Source: TPA_inf: Saccharomyces (lineage: Eukaryota). From it: DNA of 64,000 bases. The position numbers and the translations under genes were made by a program. Positions within the stretch are counted from its first letter, which is position 1. Every line of letters begins with the position of its first letter. A model generated the notes under the pieces. It saw only the letters and a program-made list of their open reading frames with translations, was not told the origin of the DNA and did no database searches. The stretch is from NCBI GenBank assembly GCA_000146045.2, contig BK006942.2, positions 352,001-416,000 on the forward strand. Reading direction: 5' to 3'. Shown in pieces: positions 23,431-35,144 of this stretch.

Positions 23431-25161
23431 ATGAGTCTGGAACCCACACAAACGGTCTCCGGTACGCCGCCGATGCTGCATCAAAGAACACACAAACAAG
23501 TATACCCATTGCGGATGGAAACTATCCCAATATTGGAATCCGACTCCAAGGCTACTCTACAAAGCAACGAGCCCACCCAGAAAGATGAGGAGGAGACCGA
23601 ATATTTTGAGAATAAACAATCCGTGTCGAATTTGAGCCCCGATTTGAAATTCAAACGACACAAGAATAAACATATCCAGGGGTTCCCTACTCTGGGCGAA
23701 AGGCTGGATAACCTGCAAGATATAAAAAAGGCCAAGAGAGTGGAGAATTTCAATTCTTCTGCGCCAATTGCTGACGACAATCATAGTGGAGATGCGACTG
23801 CAAATGCGACTGCAAATGCGACTGCAAATGCGACTGCGAATGTTAATGCAAGTGCAATGCCCGCTCCATATATGCCTTATTACTATTACTACCATCCGAT
23901 GAATGCACCAACTCCTGCAATGATACCATATCCTGGATCACCAATGCATTCGATTATGCCCAACTCCTCATTACAGCCCTTTTATTCGCAACCCACTGCT
24001 GCAGGCGGTCCCGATATGACTACTCCCCAAAATATATCTTCATCACAACAATTGCTGCCAGCTCCGCAATTGTTTCCGTACGGATCATTCCATCAACAAC
24101 AACTTCAGCAACCACACTACATTCAACGAACAAGGGAAAGGAAAAAATCAATCGGAAGTCAGAGAGGTAGAAGATTGTCTATGTTAGCATCTCAAGCTAA
24201 TGGGGGAAGCACTATTATATCTCCGCACAAGGATATTCCTGAAGAGGATTTTTACACCGTGGTTGGAAATGCGTCTTTTGGTAAAAATTTACAAATACGA
24301 CAGCTTTTCAACTGGTGTTTAATGAGATCTCTGCATAAATTGGAGTTGAAGGCTAAAAACCAAGAGGAAGAAGGGGAACTTGAACATCTGACCAAAAAAT
24401 CCAAGCTCGAATCAACAAAGGCAGAAACTGATTATGTGGATCCCAAACGTCTGGCTATGGTGATAATAAAAGAGTTTGTCGATGATCTTAAAAAAGATCA
24501 TATTGCGATAGATTGGGAAGATGAGGAAAAATATGAGGATGAAGATGAGGAGAAGATTCTGGATAATACTGAAAACTACGATGACACGGAACTGCGACAA
24601 CTGTTTCAGGAAAACGACGACGACGACGACGACGACGATGAGGTGGACTACTCGGAAATACAGAGGTCTAGACGTAAATTTAGTGAAAGGAGAAAAGCCC
24701 TACCGAAAGAACCAAAAAAACTATTACCTAATAGCAAAAACGTGGAAAACACAAAGAATCTTAGCATTTTAACGAGCAAGGTGAACGCGATCAAAAATGA
24801 AGTGAAAGAATGGGCAGTCACTTTAGACACTTCGAGACCAGATCTTGAATGGCAAGAATTGACTTCATTCTCATCACAACCACTGGAACCGTTGTCGGAT
24901 ACAGAAGAGCCAGACCTTGCGATTGCAGATGTTGAGACAAAGTTAGAAACAAAAGTCGATGAGCTAAGGTACCAGTCGCATATATTAAACTCGCACTCAC
25001 TAGCCTTAAACGAAATAACAAATTCAAAAGTGAATAAATTGAACATAGAAACAATGAGAAAGATCTCAAGCGAAACGGACGATGACCACTCACAAGTGAT
25101 TAATCCTCAACAGCTGTTGAAGGGATTAAGTTTATCTTTCAGTAAAAAACTGGATTTATGA
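23431..25161 (+). CDS. DSN1: Kinetochore MIND (Mis12) complex subunit Dsn1, 576 aa.
   Basis: ORF 23431..25161. N-terminal disordered region with an (ATAN)4 repeat, a poly-Asp tract, and a C-terminal coiled-coil region. Position between MSL1 and STS1. Confidence 0.8.
   Translation: MSLEPTQTVSGTPPMLHQRTHKQVYPLRMETIPILESDSKATLQSNEPTQKDEEETEYFENKQSVSNLSPDLKFKRHKNKHIQGFPTLGERLDNLQDIKKAKRVENFNSSAPIADDNHSGDATANATANATANATANVNASAMPAPYMPYYYYYHPMNAPTPAMIPYPGSPMHSIMPNSSLQPFYSQPTAAGGPDMTTPQNISSSQQLLPAPQLFPYGSFHQQQLQQPHYIQRTRERKKSIGSQRGRRLSMLASQANGGSTIISPHKDIPEEDFYTVVGNASFGKNLQIRQLFNWCLMRSLHKLELKAKNQEEEGELEHLTKKSKLESTKAETDYVDPKRLAMVIIKEFVDDLKKDHIAIDWEDEEKYEDEDEEKILDNTENYDDTELRQLFQENDDDDDDDDEVDYSEIQRSRRKFSERRKALPKEPKKLLPNSKNVENTKNLSILTSKVNAIKNEVKEWAVTLDTSRPDLEWQELTSFSSQPLEPLSDTEEPDLAIADVETKLETKVDELRYQSHILNSHSLALNEITNSKVNKLNIETMRKISSETDDDHSQVINPQQLLKGLSLSFSKKLDL
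23794..23841. repeat. 12-nt tandem repeat (gcgactgcaaat)x4 in DSN1, encoding ATANATANATANATAN.
   Basis: Direct reading; three perfect copies plus one with a single mismatch. Confidence 0.9.
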
Positions 25162-25286
25162 AATAAAAGAAAAAATCAAAAAAAAATCGGATACTTCTGC
25201 ATATGTAACATTACACAGTCATACATTTATATATACATATATATACATATTAATGTATTTGAAAAAGCAAAAGAACCATTCTATCC

Positions 25287-26246
25287 TTAGTTAAAGGGCG
25301 AATCAGTAGCAGCGCTACCACTATTGTTATTGTTTTCGTTTGCTGTCATGGTATCGTGGTGGTAAATAATACTTTCTTGAAGTGATAATGTTGATGACGA
25401 TGCTGCTGAAGGGCTACCCATATCTAAAGATTTGAACAGCTGGAGTGGGCGTTCCAATAACCCATTTGAATGTTCATTGTATACCTGTAATCTTGTCATA
25501 TGACTTTTCCAGACGGAGCTATTATCTGCTAATAAAATTATCCTGTCACGGGCAACATGTTCAATAAGCGTACACCATACGTGAGACAATTGTTCAATGC
25601 ATTTATCGTAGTAGTAATTATTACTAGCTAATTCAAATCTGGGCAATTTGATAACTAATTCCGTGCAAATGTCTAAGAATTTTAATGATGCGTGCAAATT
25701 TTCCAAACGTGGTGGAATGTTATCCAGTATGAAATCCACCAAACAGTTTAAGAACTCCAGAATTTGAGGTTTCATTCTCACGAAAGCATAGTCATCTAAT
25801 TTATTACTCTCATAAGACCTATTGTAAGGTATGCTCTGGTAAACGGCTTCTGATTTTTGTTTCAACATGTCCAGACACTTTTGTATACTGAAGTCTAATC
25901 CGATGACTCTCGTATGTACGCTTTGTTGTATTTCTGGATGTTTTGTCATCAAATCCACCAACAACTGCTGTAATTGGTTCTTGTTCATTAGTTCCATGCC
26001 TCGTTGCAAGGGCAGAGGCTGCCCTCTGATGAGCGATCCTGGCTGAGGCCTCCTCTTGGAGACGCCCCCATATTTCATCACATTCTTGTTACGAGGTAGT
26101 TCTTCCTCTTCTTGCTCCTCGTTGGCATACCGCCTTTTTTGTTTCACTCCAGCAGTTGGAATCATTACATTGCCTGTGCCTTGTGAACTGACTGTACTCT
26201 GTGTTATTTTACTGCTGGGTTTAAAACCCCATTCAAACCCCATCAT
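25287..26246 (-). CDS. STS1: Proteasome nuclear-import adaptor Sts1 (Cut8 homologue), 319 aa.
   Basis: ORF 25287..26246 minus strand. Size and position match; basic NLS-like stretch near the N-terminus ([11 protein letters not shown]). Confidence 0.75.
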
Positions 26247-26485
26247 AATGCTATACTGTCCTGTGTTTGTTGCTTTTGCCAGGTACCTTCGAACACACTA
26301 AGTGAGAATACTTGGTTAAGTATATTTTTAAGTAAGAAATTCCCACTCGCCGCATTATCACCCGCCCGCCGTTTCTTTTTCTGGCAAAATTTTCACTATG
26401 AATAACTAAAGAGATACATTCGATGGGCTTTAGATGAGGCCTTTTGAAGACCAAAACAGCACCAAATAGCGACACATTAAGCGTA

Positions 26486-27781
26486 ATGGAACCTCAAGAA
26501 GAGTTTATAACTACCGAAGAAGTTGAGCAGGAGATTGTGCCCACTGTGGAGGTCGAACAAGACGTTCCCGTTGATATTGAAGGAGAGAATGACGACGATG
26601 ATGAAATGATGAATGATGATGAGGAAGCTTTGGAGGTCGACATGTCCAACAACTCGCTTACCTATTTCGATAAGCACACAGACTCCGTGTTTGCCATTGG
26701 CCATCATCCTAACCTGCCGCTAGTATGTACCGGTGGGGGTGATAACTTGGCACATCTTTGGACATCACATTCACAGCCACCCAAGTTTGCTGGCACTCTA
26801 ACCGGTTATGGCGAATCTGTGATTTCATGTTCTTTCACTTCTGAAGGGGGCTTCTTGGTCACTGCCGATATGTCGGGGAAGGTTCTTGTACACATGGGTC
26901 AAAAAGGTGGCGCTCAGTGGAAGTTGGCATCGCAAATGCAAGAAGTCGAAGAGATTGTTTGGCTGAAAACTCATCCCACTATAGCAAGGACGTTTGCGTT
27001 TGGTGCAACTGATGGATCTGTTTGGTGCTACCAGATTAATGAGCAGGATGGTTCTTTGGAACAGTTAATGTCTGGTTTTGTACACCAGCAAGATTGCTCT
27101 ATGGGTGAATTCATTAACACCGACAAGGGTGAAAATACGCTGGAATTAGTCACTTGTTCTTTGGATAGCACTATTGTGGCATGGAATTGCTTCACTGGCC
27201 AACAATTATTTAAGATCACACAGGCAGAAATCAAGGGATTAGAAGCTCCATGGATTTCCCTATCATTAGCTCCGGAAACTTTGACCAAGGGTAACTCGGG
27301 TGTCGTGGCATGTGGGTCCAACAATGGTCTTCTGGCAGTAATTAATTGTAACAATGGCGGTGCGATTTTACATTTATCTACAGTGATTGAACTAAAGCCA
27401 GAACAAGACGAATTAGATGCCTCCATTGAATCCATTTCTTGGTCATCCAAATTCTCCCTTATGGCCATTGGCCTTGTCTGCGGTGAAATACTCTTATATG
27501 ATACAAGTGCATGGAGAGTAAGACACAAGTTTGTTCTCGAAGATTCTGTTACAAAACTTATGTTTGATAATGATGACTTATTCGCATCGTGTATCAATGG
27601 TAAGGTTTACCAGTTTAATGCAAGAACTGGCCAAGAGAAGTTTGTTTGTGTGGGCCATAATATGGGGGTTCTTGATTTTATATTACTGCATCCTGTGGCA
27701 AATACCGGCACCGAGCAGAAGAGAAAAGTAATAACTGCAGGTGATGAAGGTGTATCTCTGGTGTTCGAGGTACCAAACTGA
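26486..27781 (+). CDS. SQT1: WD40-repeat chaperone of ribosomal protein uL16/Rpl10 (Sqt1), 431 aa from Met at 26486 (track ORF begins at 26444).
   Basis: ORF 26444..27781. Acidic N-terminal segment followed by WD40 repeats (multiple GH...WD-like units, e.g. LAHLWTS, IVAWNCF). Confidence 0.8.
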   Translation: MEPQEEFITTEEVEQEIVPTVEVEQDVPVDIEGENDDDDEMMNDDEEALEVDMSNNSLTYFDKHTDSVFAIGHHPNLPLVCTGGGDNLAHLWTSHSQPPKFAGTLTGYGESVISCSFTSEGGFLVTADMSGKVLVHMGQKGGAQWKLASQMQEVEEIVWLKTHPTIARTFAFGATDGSVWCYQINEQDGSLEQLMSGFVHQQDCSMGEFINTDKGENTLELVTCSLDSTIVAWNCFTGQQLFKITQAEIKGLEAPWISLSLAPETLTKGNSGVVACGSNNGLLAVINCNNGGAILHLSTVIELKPEQDELDASIESISWSSKFSLMAIGLVCGEILLYDTSAWRVRHKFVLEDSVTKLMFDNDDLFASCINGKVYQFNARTGQEKFVCVGHNMGVLDFILLHPVANTGTEQKRKVITAGDEGVSLVFEVPN

Positions 27782-28018
27782 TAGATAGTCGCGTATACAT
27801 AAATAACAAAAAAACAAATTCAATAACATAAAATAAAAATACTTTTACATACAGAAGAAGAAACTTTATATATTCGACAAAGGAAAATGTAAAAAAAAAA
27901 AACACATTATTTTAAAAGAACTGCGCTCATTATCGTCGTTAACGATTTTATTATTACATGTTGAACGTTACATTGTCTTTTTGTCCCGATAGGTTGAAAG
28001 CTGAAAAAGTATAATGGG

Positions 28019-28384
28019 TCAGAATCTGACAGTTCCGGTAAGTTCTTTGGGGATCCTTCTCTTAGTCCCGGTACCTTTAATTTGCTCCATGTATCTTTTA
28101 GCAGCTGCTCTACCGAAGCGCAGAATCAATTTTCTAAAAAACAACCCACAAGCATTACACAGGCAAGCAGCACCGTTAGGGCCCTCCCTCCATTGTAATG
28201 AAGTCTTAATCTCTCCACATTGCCCACATGTCCTAGTAATGCCCGTTCTTGGTCGAGCAGGCTGAGAGTCAGCGTTCCTAGGGAGGCCATGTTGTGCCTC
28301 TGATCCGCTATTCAACAGCAATTGAACGGGGACTTTTTTGAAGGCTGTTCCGTTTGAAATCACAATAGGCAACTTAGTGGACAT
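28019..28384 (-). CDS. GAT4: Small GATA-type zinc-finger transcription factor Gat4, 121 aa.
   Basis: ORF 28019..28384 minus strand. Type IV C-x2-C-x17-C-x2-C GATA finger ([29 protein letters not shown]). Confidence 0.85.
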   Translation of the reverse strand: MSTKLPIVISNGTAFKKVPVQLLLNSGSEAQHGLPRNADSQPARPRTGITRTCGQCGEIKTSLQWREGPNGAACLCNACGLFFRKLILRFGRAAAKRYMEQIKGTGTKRRIPKELTGTVRF

Positions 28385-29085
28385 AGCGACCCTGTAATGT
28401 TATGTTTCTAGCTAGGAACAGAAAGTGCCAGCTTTTTGAGCAGTTAAAGAGTAAAATGTTTATGTGGTTTCACGGACTTACATGTGAAAGACTAGCCTGG
28501 CGCTATCTAAATTCATGATGAAACTCGATGGCCCTTTCCATGGCACAAAAATCTTGACACATGGATGTGCGCGGCGGCGGTAACCGCACCAAGGAAAAAA
28601 GGGTCCAATGCCAAGAAATAATAAAACGGACCCTTTTTTCTTTTTTTTTGAAATAAAATTGAAAGAGAAATGCAAACACTTTTCAGGTTTGAAAAGAAAA
28701 GAAAACGTCAAGAATCTTACGCCAAAAGTGCCTAAGATTCAAGTATCTCTGAAAGGCGTACCATTTTCAACAAGGGGCATAGGTGGCCGCAAACTAGGAT
28801 AATTGACAACTTAGTTTCATATTGACAATGTCATCGCAATTGAGGAGATAGCCATAATTCGGGAGGGTACAAAACCTGACCTGCTAGTGTTCAACTAATG
28901 CATCATGGGTACTATAGAGAGCATTCTAGTGGTAGAAAAAAAAAAAAAAACAAACTTTAAACCGGGTAATATAAACTTCTCATATGGCTTTTCTCCAGGG
29001 AAAGAAAGGGAAGGGATACTTCAATGACGAAGGCTTAGATGACAAGCTAATACAGAAAGGGAAAGGAGCAGGGCATCGGAAGGAA

Positions 29086-29814
29086 ATGTTGCATTTGGAA
29101 GATGACAATGGACGACAAAGGTCAGTGATAGCGAATTTGCAGAAATTCGTTTATTGCTGCCTGTACTTGAGGTTTATCAAAGATGGATCATTATTCTTGA
29201 TCCTCCTGGGGTGGATAATTTCATCGCTCTGTGATTTCATTCAGGAATTGACACTCAGGTACCTGAAGAAGAACTATTTAGAGGTGGGCCGCGACAATGA
29301 TCAGGAAGATGATGAAAGTCTTGCCATCAGAGGGTTAGAAACACCTATTGTAAGAATGATAATAAACAAAGCCATACGATATTACCAAGGCCTAATACTT
29401 CTAGAAACAGCGTACTGTATAGTATACCACATTAGGCTAGACGTATCGAGAGACATATGTTCCAAACCGTACGGATTTGTGATAATGCTTTTGATAAGGG
29501 AATTTACTTGTCCGGTACCCACAGCGTTTCCTAGCAAGCTACTTCTGGTACTACTCGATATTTTATTACTTTTCTGCCAGATTGTAATAATAAACGGCTC
29601 ACTGAGCTCGAGTCTTCAGAACGTGAAACTTATTGTCAAGGAGTTGAATGCAGAAGAAGAGGGCGCACTCAACATTCTCAAACTTAATACCTGGCACATG
29701 GATGCAACCGGACCGGAACTCATAGTACTCAAGAATCATGACAAGTCGATTCCTCAACAGGCAGACGGGGATGACGCTACAGAGATCACTCCTCTACTGA
29801 ATATCGCCGAATAA
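29086..29814 (+). CDS. Uncharacterised vacuolar membrane protein (YIR014W), ~242 aa from an internal Met (track ORF 28984..29814 is 276 aa).
   Basis: ORF with several hydrophobic predicted TM segments (LFLILLGWIISSL; LLVLLDILLLFCQIVII). Start position follows the reference annotation from memory and is uncertain. Confidence 0.6.
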   Translation: MLHLEDDNGRQRSVIANLQKFVYCCLYLRFIKDGSLFLILLGWIISSLCDFIQELTLRYLKKNYLEVGRDNDQEDDESLAIRGLETPIVRMIINKAIRYYQGLILLETAYCIVYHIRLDVSRDICSKPYGFVIMLLIREFTCPVPTAFPSKLLLVLLDILLLFCQIVIINGSLSSSLQNVKLIVKELNAEEEGALNILKLNTWHMDATGPELIVLKNHDKSIPQQADGDDATEITPLLNIAE

Positions 29815-29947
29815 ATTCAAGAAAGGAAAAGAAAAAAAATTACCAAAATGAAAAGAACGGAAAAAAAAGATGAACAGAAAATAAAACAATACGTGGTTCT
29901 TCTACTGTCCTTCCCACATCGCCGACAGAGAAAAGACAAGCAAAAAG

Positions 29948-30382
29948 ATGGGCAAGAAAGCACACGGAGGAAAGATGAAACCTGAGATCGACGAAAATGG
30001 TACTCTGCTAGTACCGCCACCAAGGACGATTGCGAACCAGGACCATTTCCATAGATTAAACTACCTCTACCAAATATCCGCTTACCAAACAAGAGCAAGA
30101 CAGAAAGCAAGAACAGACGCACATACGCCTTTGGCACGCAATTATATCAAATCAATGGACCTAATTAGTAAGAAAACCAAGACATCACTGCTTCCTACGA
30201 TAAAGAGAACAATTTGTAAAAAATGCCATCGGTTGTTATGGACCCCAAAAAAACTGGAAATCACATCCGACGGAGCGCTTTCGGTAATGTGTGGGTGCGG
30301 TACCGTTAAACGTTTTAATATTGGCGCCGATCCTAATTACAGGACCTACTCGGAGCGGGAGGGTAATCTACTAAATTCTTAG
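29948..30382 (+). CDS. RPR2: RNase P protein subunit Rpr2 (Rpp21 family, zinc ribbon), 144 aa.
   Basis: ORF 29948..30382. Conserved Rpr2 N-terminal helix (NYLYQISAY) and C-terminal C4 zinc ribbon (CKKCHRLL...CGCG). Confidence 0.85.
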   Translation: MGKKAHGGKMKPEIDENGTLLVPPPRTIANQDHFHRLNYLYQISAYQTRARQKARTDAHTPLARNYIKSMDLISKKTKTSLLPTIKRTICKKCHRLLWTPKKLEITSDGALSVMCGCGTVKRFNIGADPNYRTYSEREGNLLNS

Positions 30383-30627
30383 GGTTATTGGTAGGGTTTT
30401 GGACCAATGTTTTGAGCAGGACAAAAATGCGGAGTTTCCAGATTTTCTTTAAGAGCCGACCCCCCACCCCCTTGCCCCTATACATGGGGTACGTGCCTGT
30501 ATTTTGAGGGAAAACTACGACATAAAACACAGGGAAAAAAACGAGACGCCCGTTTGAAGAAGGTAATGTAGGATTCCGTCTTGCCAGCATAGCGGATAAA
30601 CACCGCAAGGAGGTGTTGTGGTCGGTA

Positions 30628-31425
30628 ATGAGTGGCACGAGGTGTTTGCTAGGCGTCGGACTACCAGTTGATGTGACTGCTACGGAAACTTTGACTCATG
30701 ATGAACAAGGACCAGGTGTAGAGCCAGGACCGTGTTCGCGAGGAAGTTCTATAGATGGTCTGCTGCCCTCGTTGCTCGGTCCACATGATGATGTGGATGA
30801 CGATTCGGCGGCTTTTCACAAGTACATGACACTATCGCGAGATGGCGCAGGCGCCATCCATGCTCCGTCATTAGTCGAAGACGCCTCAAGGAACGACGAC
30901 GACGACGATGATGAAGACGACGACGACAGTTCCATGTCGCGAGACCTATCCAAGGCTCTAGATATGTCATCGTCATCATCGTCCAGCCCGCGCGTTCAAA
31001 GTCGGCGGCACCGTAGTTCTGTGAGCGCAATATCTGCAATCTTACACCAAGGAAAATCTGGCCGCGAAGACATAACTGGAAGCCTTAGCGTTCCGGCAGA
31101 ACAAGAAAAACTCAGTTTTCTTGCCAAAGCCTCGAGTATTTTCTTTCGAAGGAACAGTATGCCCAGAGACAAACATACGCATTCAGTATGTCCCGCTAGC
31201 CGCCCAGATTCCGAGAGATTTATCGTCACATCTGCAGCCGCGCAGTCTTTACGCCGCCAACAACAACTGGAAGACGCTCAGTACGCTCGAGTTATTACAA
31301 ACTTTCGTACTATAGGATGGTGCTCTCCCAGCGAGATAGAGTCTGTGGAATATAAACGGTCCTTGATCAATGCGGAGTGGGACGAAAAGATCTCGCTTTT
31401 GTCTCACGCGCAATGCTATAAATAA
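30628..31425 (+). CDS. Uncharacterised protein YIR016W (acidic, Ser/Asp-rich, low complexity), ~265 aa.
   Basis: ORF 30613..31425. No recognisable domain; poly-Asp/Glu tract. Position between RPR2 and MET28. Confidence 0.6.
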   Translation: MSGTRCLLGVGLPVDVTATETLTHDEQGPGVEPGPCSRGSSIDGLLPSLLGPHDDVDDDSAAFHKYMTLSRDGAGAIHAPSLVEDASRNDDDDDDEDDDDSSMSRDLSKALDMSSSSSSSPRVQSRRHRSSVSAISAILHQGKSGREDITGSLSVPAEQEKLSFLAKASSIFFRRNSMPRDKHTHSVCPASRPDSERFIVTSAAAQSLRRQQQLEDAQYARVITNFRTIGWCSPSEIESVEYKRSLINAEWDEKISLLSHAQCYK

Positions 31426-31555
31426 TAAATATACATATATATATATTTATATGTAGATAGATGTGTGTATATATATGCTAGGTAAAGAAACGGAAAAATC
31501 GAAAAATCGAAGTTGGAGAGGAAAAACAAGACATCAGGCCCGCACGTTTCGCGGG

Positions 31556-32119
31556 CTACCTGCCCATGTTCCGTCTCTTAATGTCATTCAACAATTTCAA
31601 AGACTTAATCTCGTTAATGTCATTGAGCTTTGCTTTCCAAAACTCATTTTCCTTGTTCAATTGCTCTATACGATCGCGAAGTTTGTTGATTTGCGTGTTT
31701 AAGTTCTGCAGCTTATTCATGTTCTCAAAATTCTTTTGTTTCTTGCGAATGCGGAACCGCTGCGACGCCTCTGTGTTCTTTCTTCTCCGCTCTTGCTTAA
31801 TCTTATCCAGTTCGTTAGAAGTGCTCACGGGAGCTTCCTCTTCTTTTACAACAACTGCTGTTGTTGCGGCAACCTTCCCCTTTCTCGGCTCGCGGAGCTT
31901 CTTAAACTGCGAGACATCCTGGCCATTATTTATCATGCTAATGAGCTCCTCCGCGTTGCCACTGCTAACCAGCAGCAATGATAGCAAGCGCGAGCCCAGC
32001 TCTGAATCGCTTGATATCAGGTTCTGTAGATGTTCCGAAAGATTGTTCACGTTCATACCCTTCCTGCTTGCAATGTCAATGTTTGTTGATTTCTTTTCCC
32101 ACCCTTGTTTCGCACTCAT
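31556..32119 (-). CDS. MET28: bZIP transcriptional co-activator of sulfur metabolism Met28, 187 aa from the internal Met (track ORF extends to 32131).
   Basis: ORF 31556..32131 minus strand. Basic region plus leucine zipper (KQERRRKNTEASQRFRIRKKQ followed by heptad leucines). Confidence 0.85.
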   Translation of the reverse strand: MSAKQGWEKKSTNIDIASRKGMNVNNLSEHLQNLISSDSELGSRLLSLLLVSSGNAEELISMINNGQDVSQFKKLREPRKGKVAATTAVVVKEEEAPVSTSNELDKIKQERRRKNTEASQRFRIRKKQKNFENMNKLQNLNTQINKLRDRIEQLNKENEFWKAKLNDINEIKSLKLLNDIKRRNMGR

Positions 32120-32608
32120 ATTGACGAACAAAACAATTTGTCTTCGTAACTACCACTGGTTATAAATAGTTAAATTCAAGTTACCTCGTGTTCTTAGTCA
32201 TTGGCTGCCCGGCCTTGACTCACGCCAGTGACCTACAACTATGGCGTTTCCGCTTCCCGCCCAAAACTGTGGTGTTAGAAAGTAGAAAAAGGTGAAAAAA
32301 GCGAAACCTAAAACCAAAAAAAAAAAATAAGTCACGTGCACTCAGTACCCCTTCTATTGTATTTTAGTTTACCTATTGGGCCGGGCGGGCCCCACAACTG
32401 TGGCATCTTTCAGATCATTTTTTTCCAGAATGCATGGAACTGACGAGTGAACTTTTATTCCACGGAAAAGGACAAAAAGGTGCAGTAATGGAATGGTCTT
32501 TTTGCACGGCAGTGATGTCGCTATCATATCAATCACTGAAAGTGAAGTTAACCATATTACAACAAGTTCACACAACATAAACAGTGTAACTAGCATATTA
32601 TCACAGTC

Positions 32609-33346
32609 ATGGCTCTACCTCTGATAAAACCTAAGGAGTCTGAGGAAAGCCACCTCGCTCTTTTGTCCAAGATCCACGTGTCCAAAAATTGGAAACTGCC
32701 TCCAAGGTTGCCCCATAGAGCAGCTCAGCGGAGGAAAAGAGTTCATCGACTTCACGAAGATTACGAAACTGAAGAAAATGATGAGGAGCTACAGAAGAAA
32801 AAACGGCAGAATAGAGACGCCCAAAGGGCCTACAGAGAACGCAAAAACAACAAGTTGCAAGTGCTGGAGGAAACCATAGAGTCACTGAGTAAGGTCGTTA
32901 AAAACTACGAAACGAAACTAAACCGCCTCCAAAATGAACTTCAAGCGAAAGAATCGGAAAATCATGCCCTTAAACAGAAATTGGAGACCCTTACTCTGAA
33001 ACAAGCCTCTGTGCCTGCTCAGGACCCTATCCTGCAGAATTTGATCGAGAATTTCAAACCAATGAAGGCGATACCTATTAAGTACAATACCGCTATCAAG
33101 CGCCACCAGCACTCGACAGAACTGCCTAGCTCTGTCAAATGCGGCTTTTGTAACGACAACACTACTTGCGTTTGTAAAGAACTGGAAACAGATCACCGTA
33201 AAAGTGACGACGGTGTGGCCACAGAACAGAAGGATATGTCGATGCCACATGCAGAGTGCAATAATAAAGATAACCCCAATGGGCTCTGTAGTAATTGTAC
33301 TAATATCGACAAATCATGTATCGACATCCGGTCCATCATCCACTGA
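32609..33346 (+). CDS. YAP5: bZIP (YAP-family) iron-responsive transcription factor Yap5, 245 aa.
   Basis: ORF 32609..33346. YAP-type basic region (RQNRDAQRAYRERKNNKLQ), leucine zipper, and a C-terminal Cys-rich domain (CGFCNDNTTCVC...CSNC) consistent with Fe-S sensing. Confidence 0.88.
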   Translation: MALPLIKPKESEESHLALLSKIHVSKNWKLPPRLPHRAAQRRKRVHRLHEDYETEENDEELQKKKRQNRDAQRAYRERKNNKLQVLEETIESLSKVVKNYETKLNRLQNELQAKESENHALKQKLETLTLKQASVPAQDPILQNLIENFKPMKAIPIKYNTAIKRHQHSTELPSSVKCGFCNDNTTCVCKELETDHRKSDDGVATEQKDMSMPHAECNNKDNPNGLCSNCTNIDKSCIDIRSIIH

Positions 33347-35143
33347 AGAGAGAGAACTTCTTAATACTTATAAATACGTCATTGAACAGCTCAACTTTTG
33401 TAACGTCAAAAGAACGCACATGAAAGGAGTGACATTGCTTTTTTCTTTGCAAGTTTATTACTGTGGTTATGTGTAAAGAATTAGTTCATGGACATTGGCC
33501 GCAGAGTGCAAAAGCGTTTTGGACACCCCGCCTTTGGTGTTCTCGCCGCCATATTTTGAGACGTTAGTTTCCGACGAATTGAGCTGAAGCGGTGGACATT
33601 ATCTCAAGGTACCGCTTACTATGCCTATACATTCCTGCAATTTTTTTTTTTTTTTTTTTGATAAGTATTACTGGGTAATGGGAAGTATAATCACTAGGCA
33701 TATTATTTTTGACGCAGAGGAGTGGCAGCCTGTCTACTATGTAAATGTAATGGTAGAACCGTTATTATAACGTAAAATAGATCGTACATAAGAAAAACTG
33801 GACGCAAACCATTTAAATCTAAATGCGAATATGCGTACTGATTATTAACATGATACCATAATTTAGATCTTTCCTTTTGAAAGTCGTGTCAAATTCTAGT
33901 ATTGGCGGATGAGATCCTAATGTGCTAAACAATAGAGATAATGGGATCCCCGCAAATTTCATTTTTAAATTGCTTTCCTCTTCTGAGTTGAACACGAATT
34001 TTTGAGAATCTAGCTGTAGTTAGACGTTACGCAAAAGAAGCTTTGGCGCAAGCAAATCTCCTTCCATACTGGTCTCCTTTACGGCTGTACGAACACTACC
34101 GTAGTGACAAACTGAAAAACGAGGATTTGGTGAGCAGTCTGGAACAGGTAGATGAATCATAAAGCGCAGCAACCATCCTCGAACTGATGACAGTACGACT
34201 TTTCTCCAAAATAGATATAAAGAAAGGCTGGTTATTCGTGGAGAGTTCAGTCCTCCGTATCTAACCTTGATGAATTAAAACTCAGGCCAGAACAATCTCT
34301 TTAACAGACCTCCATACATACTCTCGGAGCTATATTTTAGTGCGATCAAACTGCGAATAGAATAAAGCAGACGCAAGAGGCAAATTACAAACTCTTGCGC
34401 TTCCTTTTTAGCGAGCTTGTTAAAGTAGGGTCTGAACGAGAGGCTGTCACAATTGCGTTGCGTTATGCAAAGGATATAACACGGTGCTGAAGTTAAACTG
34501 TGAAACTATACAAGTGGAGGACCCTTTGAGTTTTCTGTAGATAAAAAGGAGAATGTTTCAGAAGAGCGTCAGAGATCTCGAATGACAGATCGGTGGCTAC
34601 CACGAAATCTTATAGGCGTTTCTCTGGGCTCCCTAGTTACGTATAGCGCTGACGTAGTTTAGAAGGGCGCGCGCATTTTTTCTATTGTTGCCTCTTTTCT
34701 CGCTAGCTGGCTTTTAGCATCATGTTCTGCGGATATTATTCTCCGCCCGGAAGGTTCGTGGAAGGCCTAGAATGAGATCTATCAATAACGCTACGCAGAT
34801 TTCTAATGTTACATGTCACGTCGATCTGACATATATCTCCGTCAGGTTCGATCCAGACTCTCTGCGCGCGTACCAAGAGCTTTTTGTTTCAATAGGAACG
34901 GAATTTCCTTTATTGAATGTGGCAACGAACTGCGGAGGGTTATTAGCTTCTTGACACTTTCTTCGTCCATTACGTAGACCTAACGTTGAAAAGGAGACCT
35001 CGAAGAAATTTTAACTCTTGGCACCTCAGAATAAACAAGGTCATCTAGTGCGATGGCAATGCTTCAAAGTAAATGGAGAATTTCGAAGGCTAGCGTCTCT
35101 AGATAAATCTCAGCCTAACCCTTTTACACGAAGTTTTCCCAAC

Positions 35144-35144
<1 letters not shown>

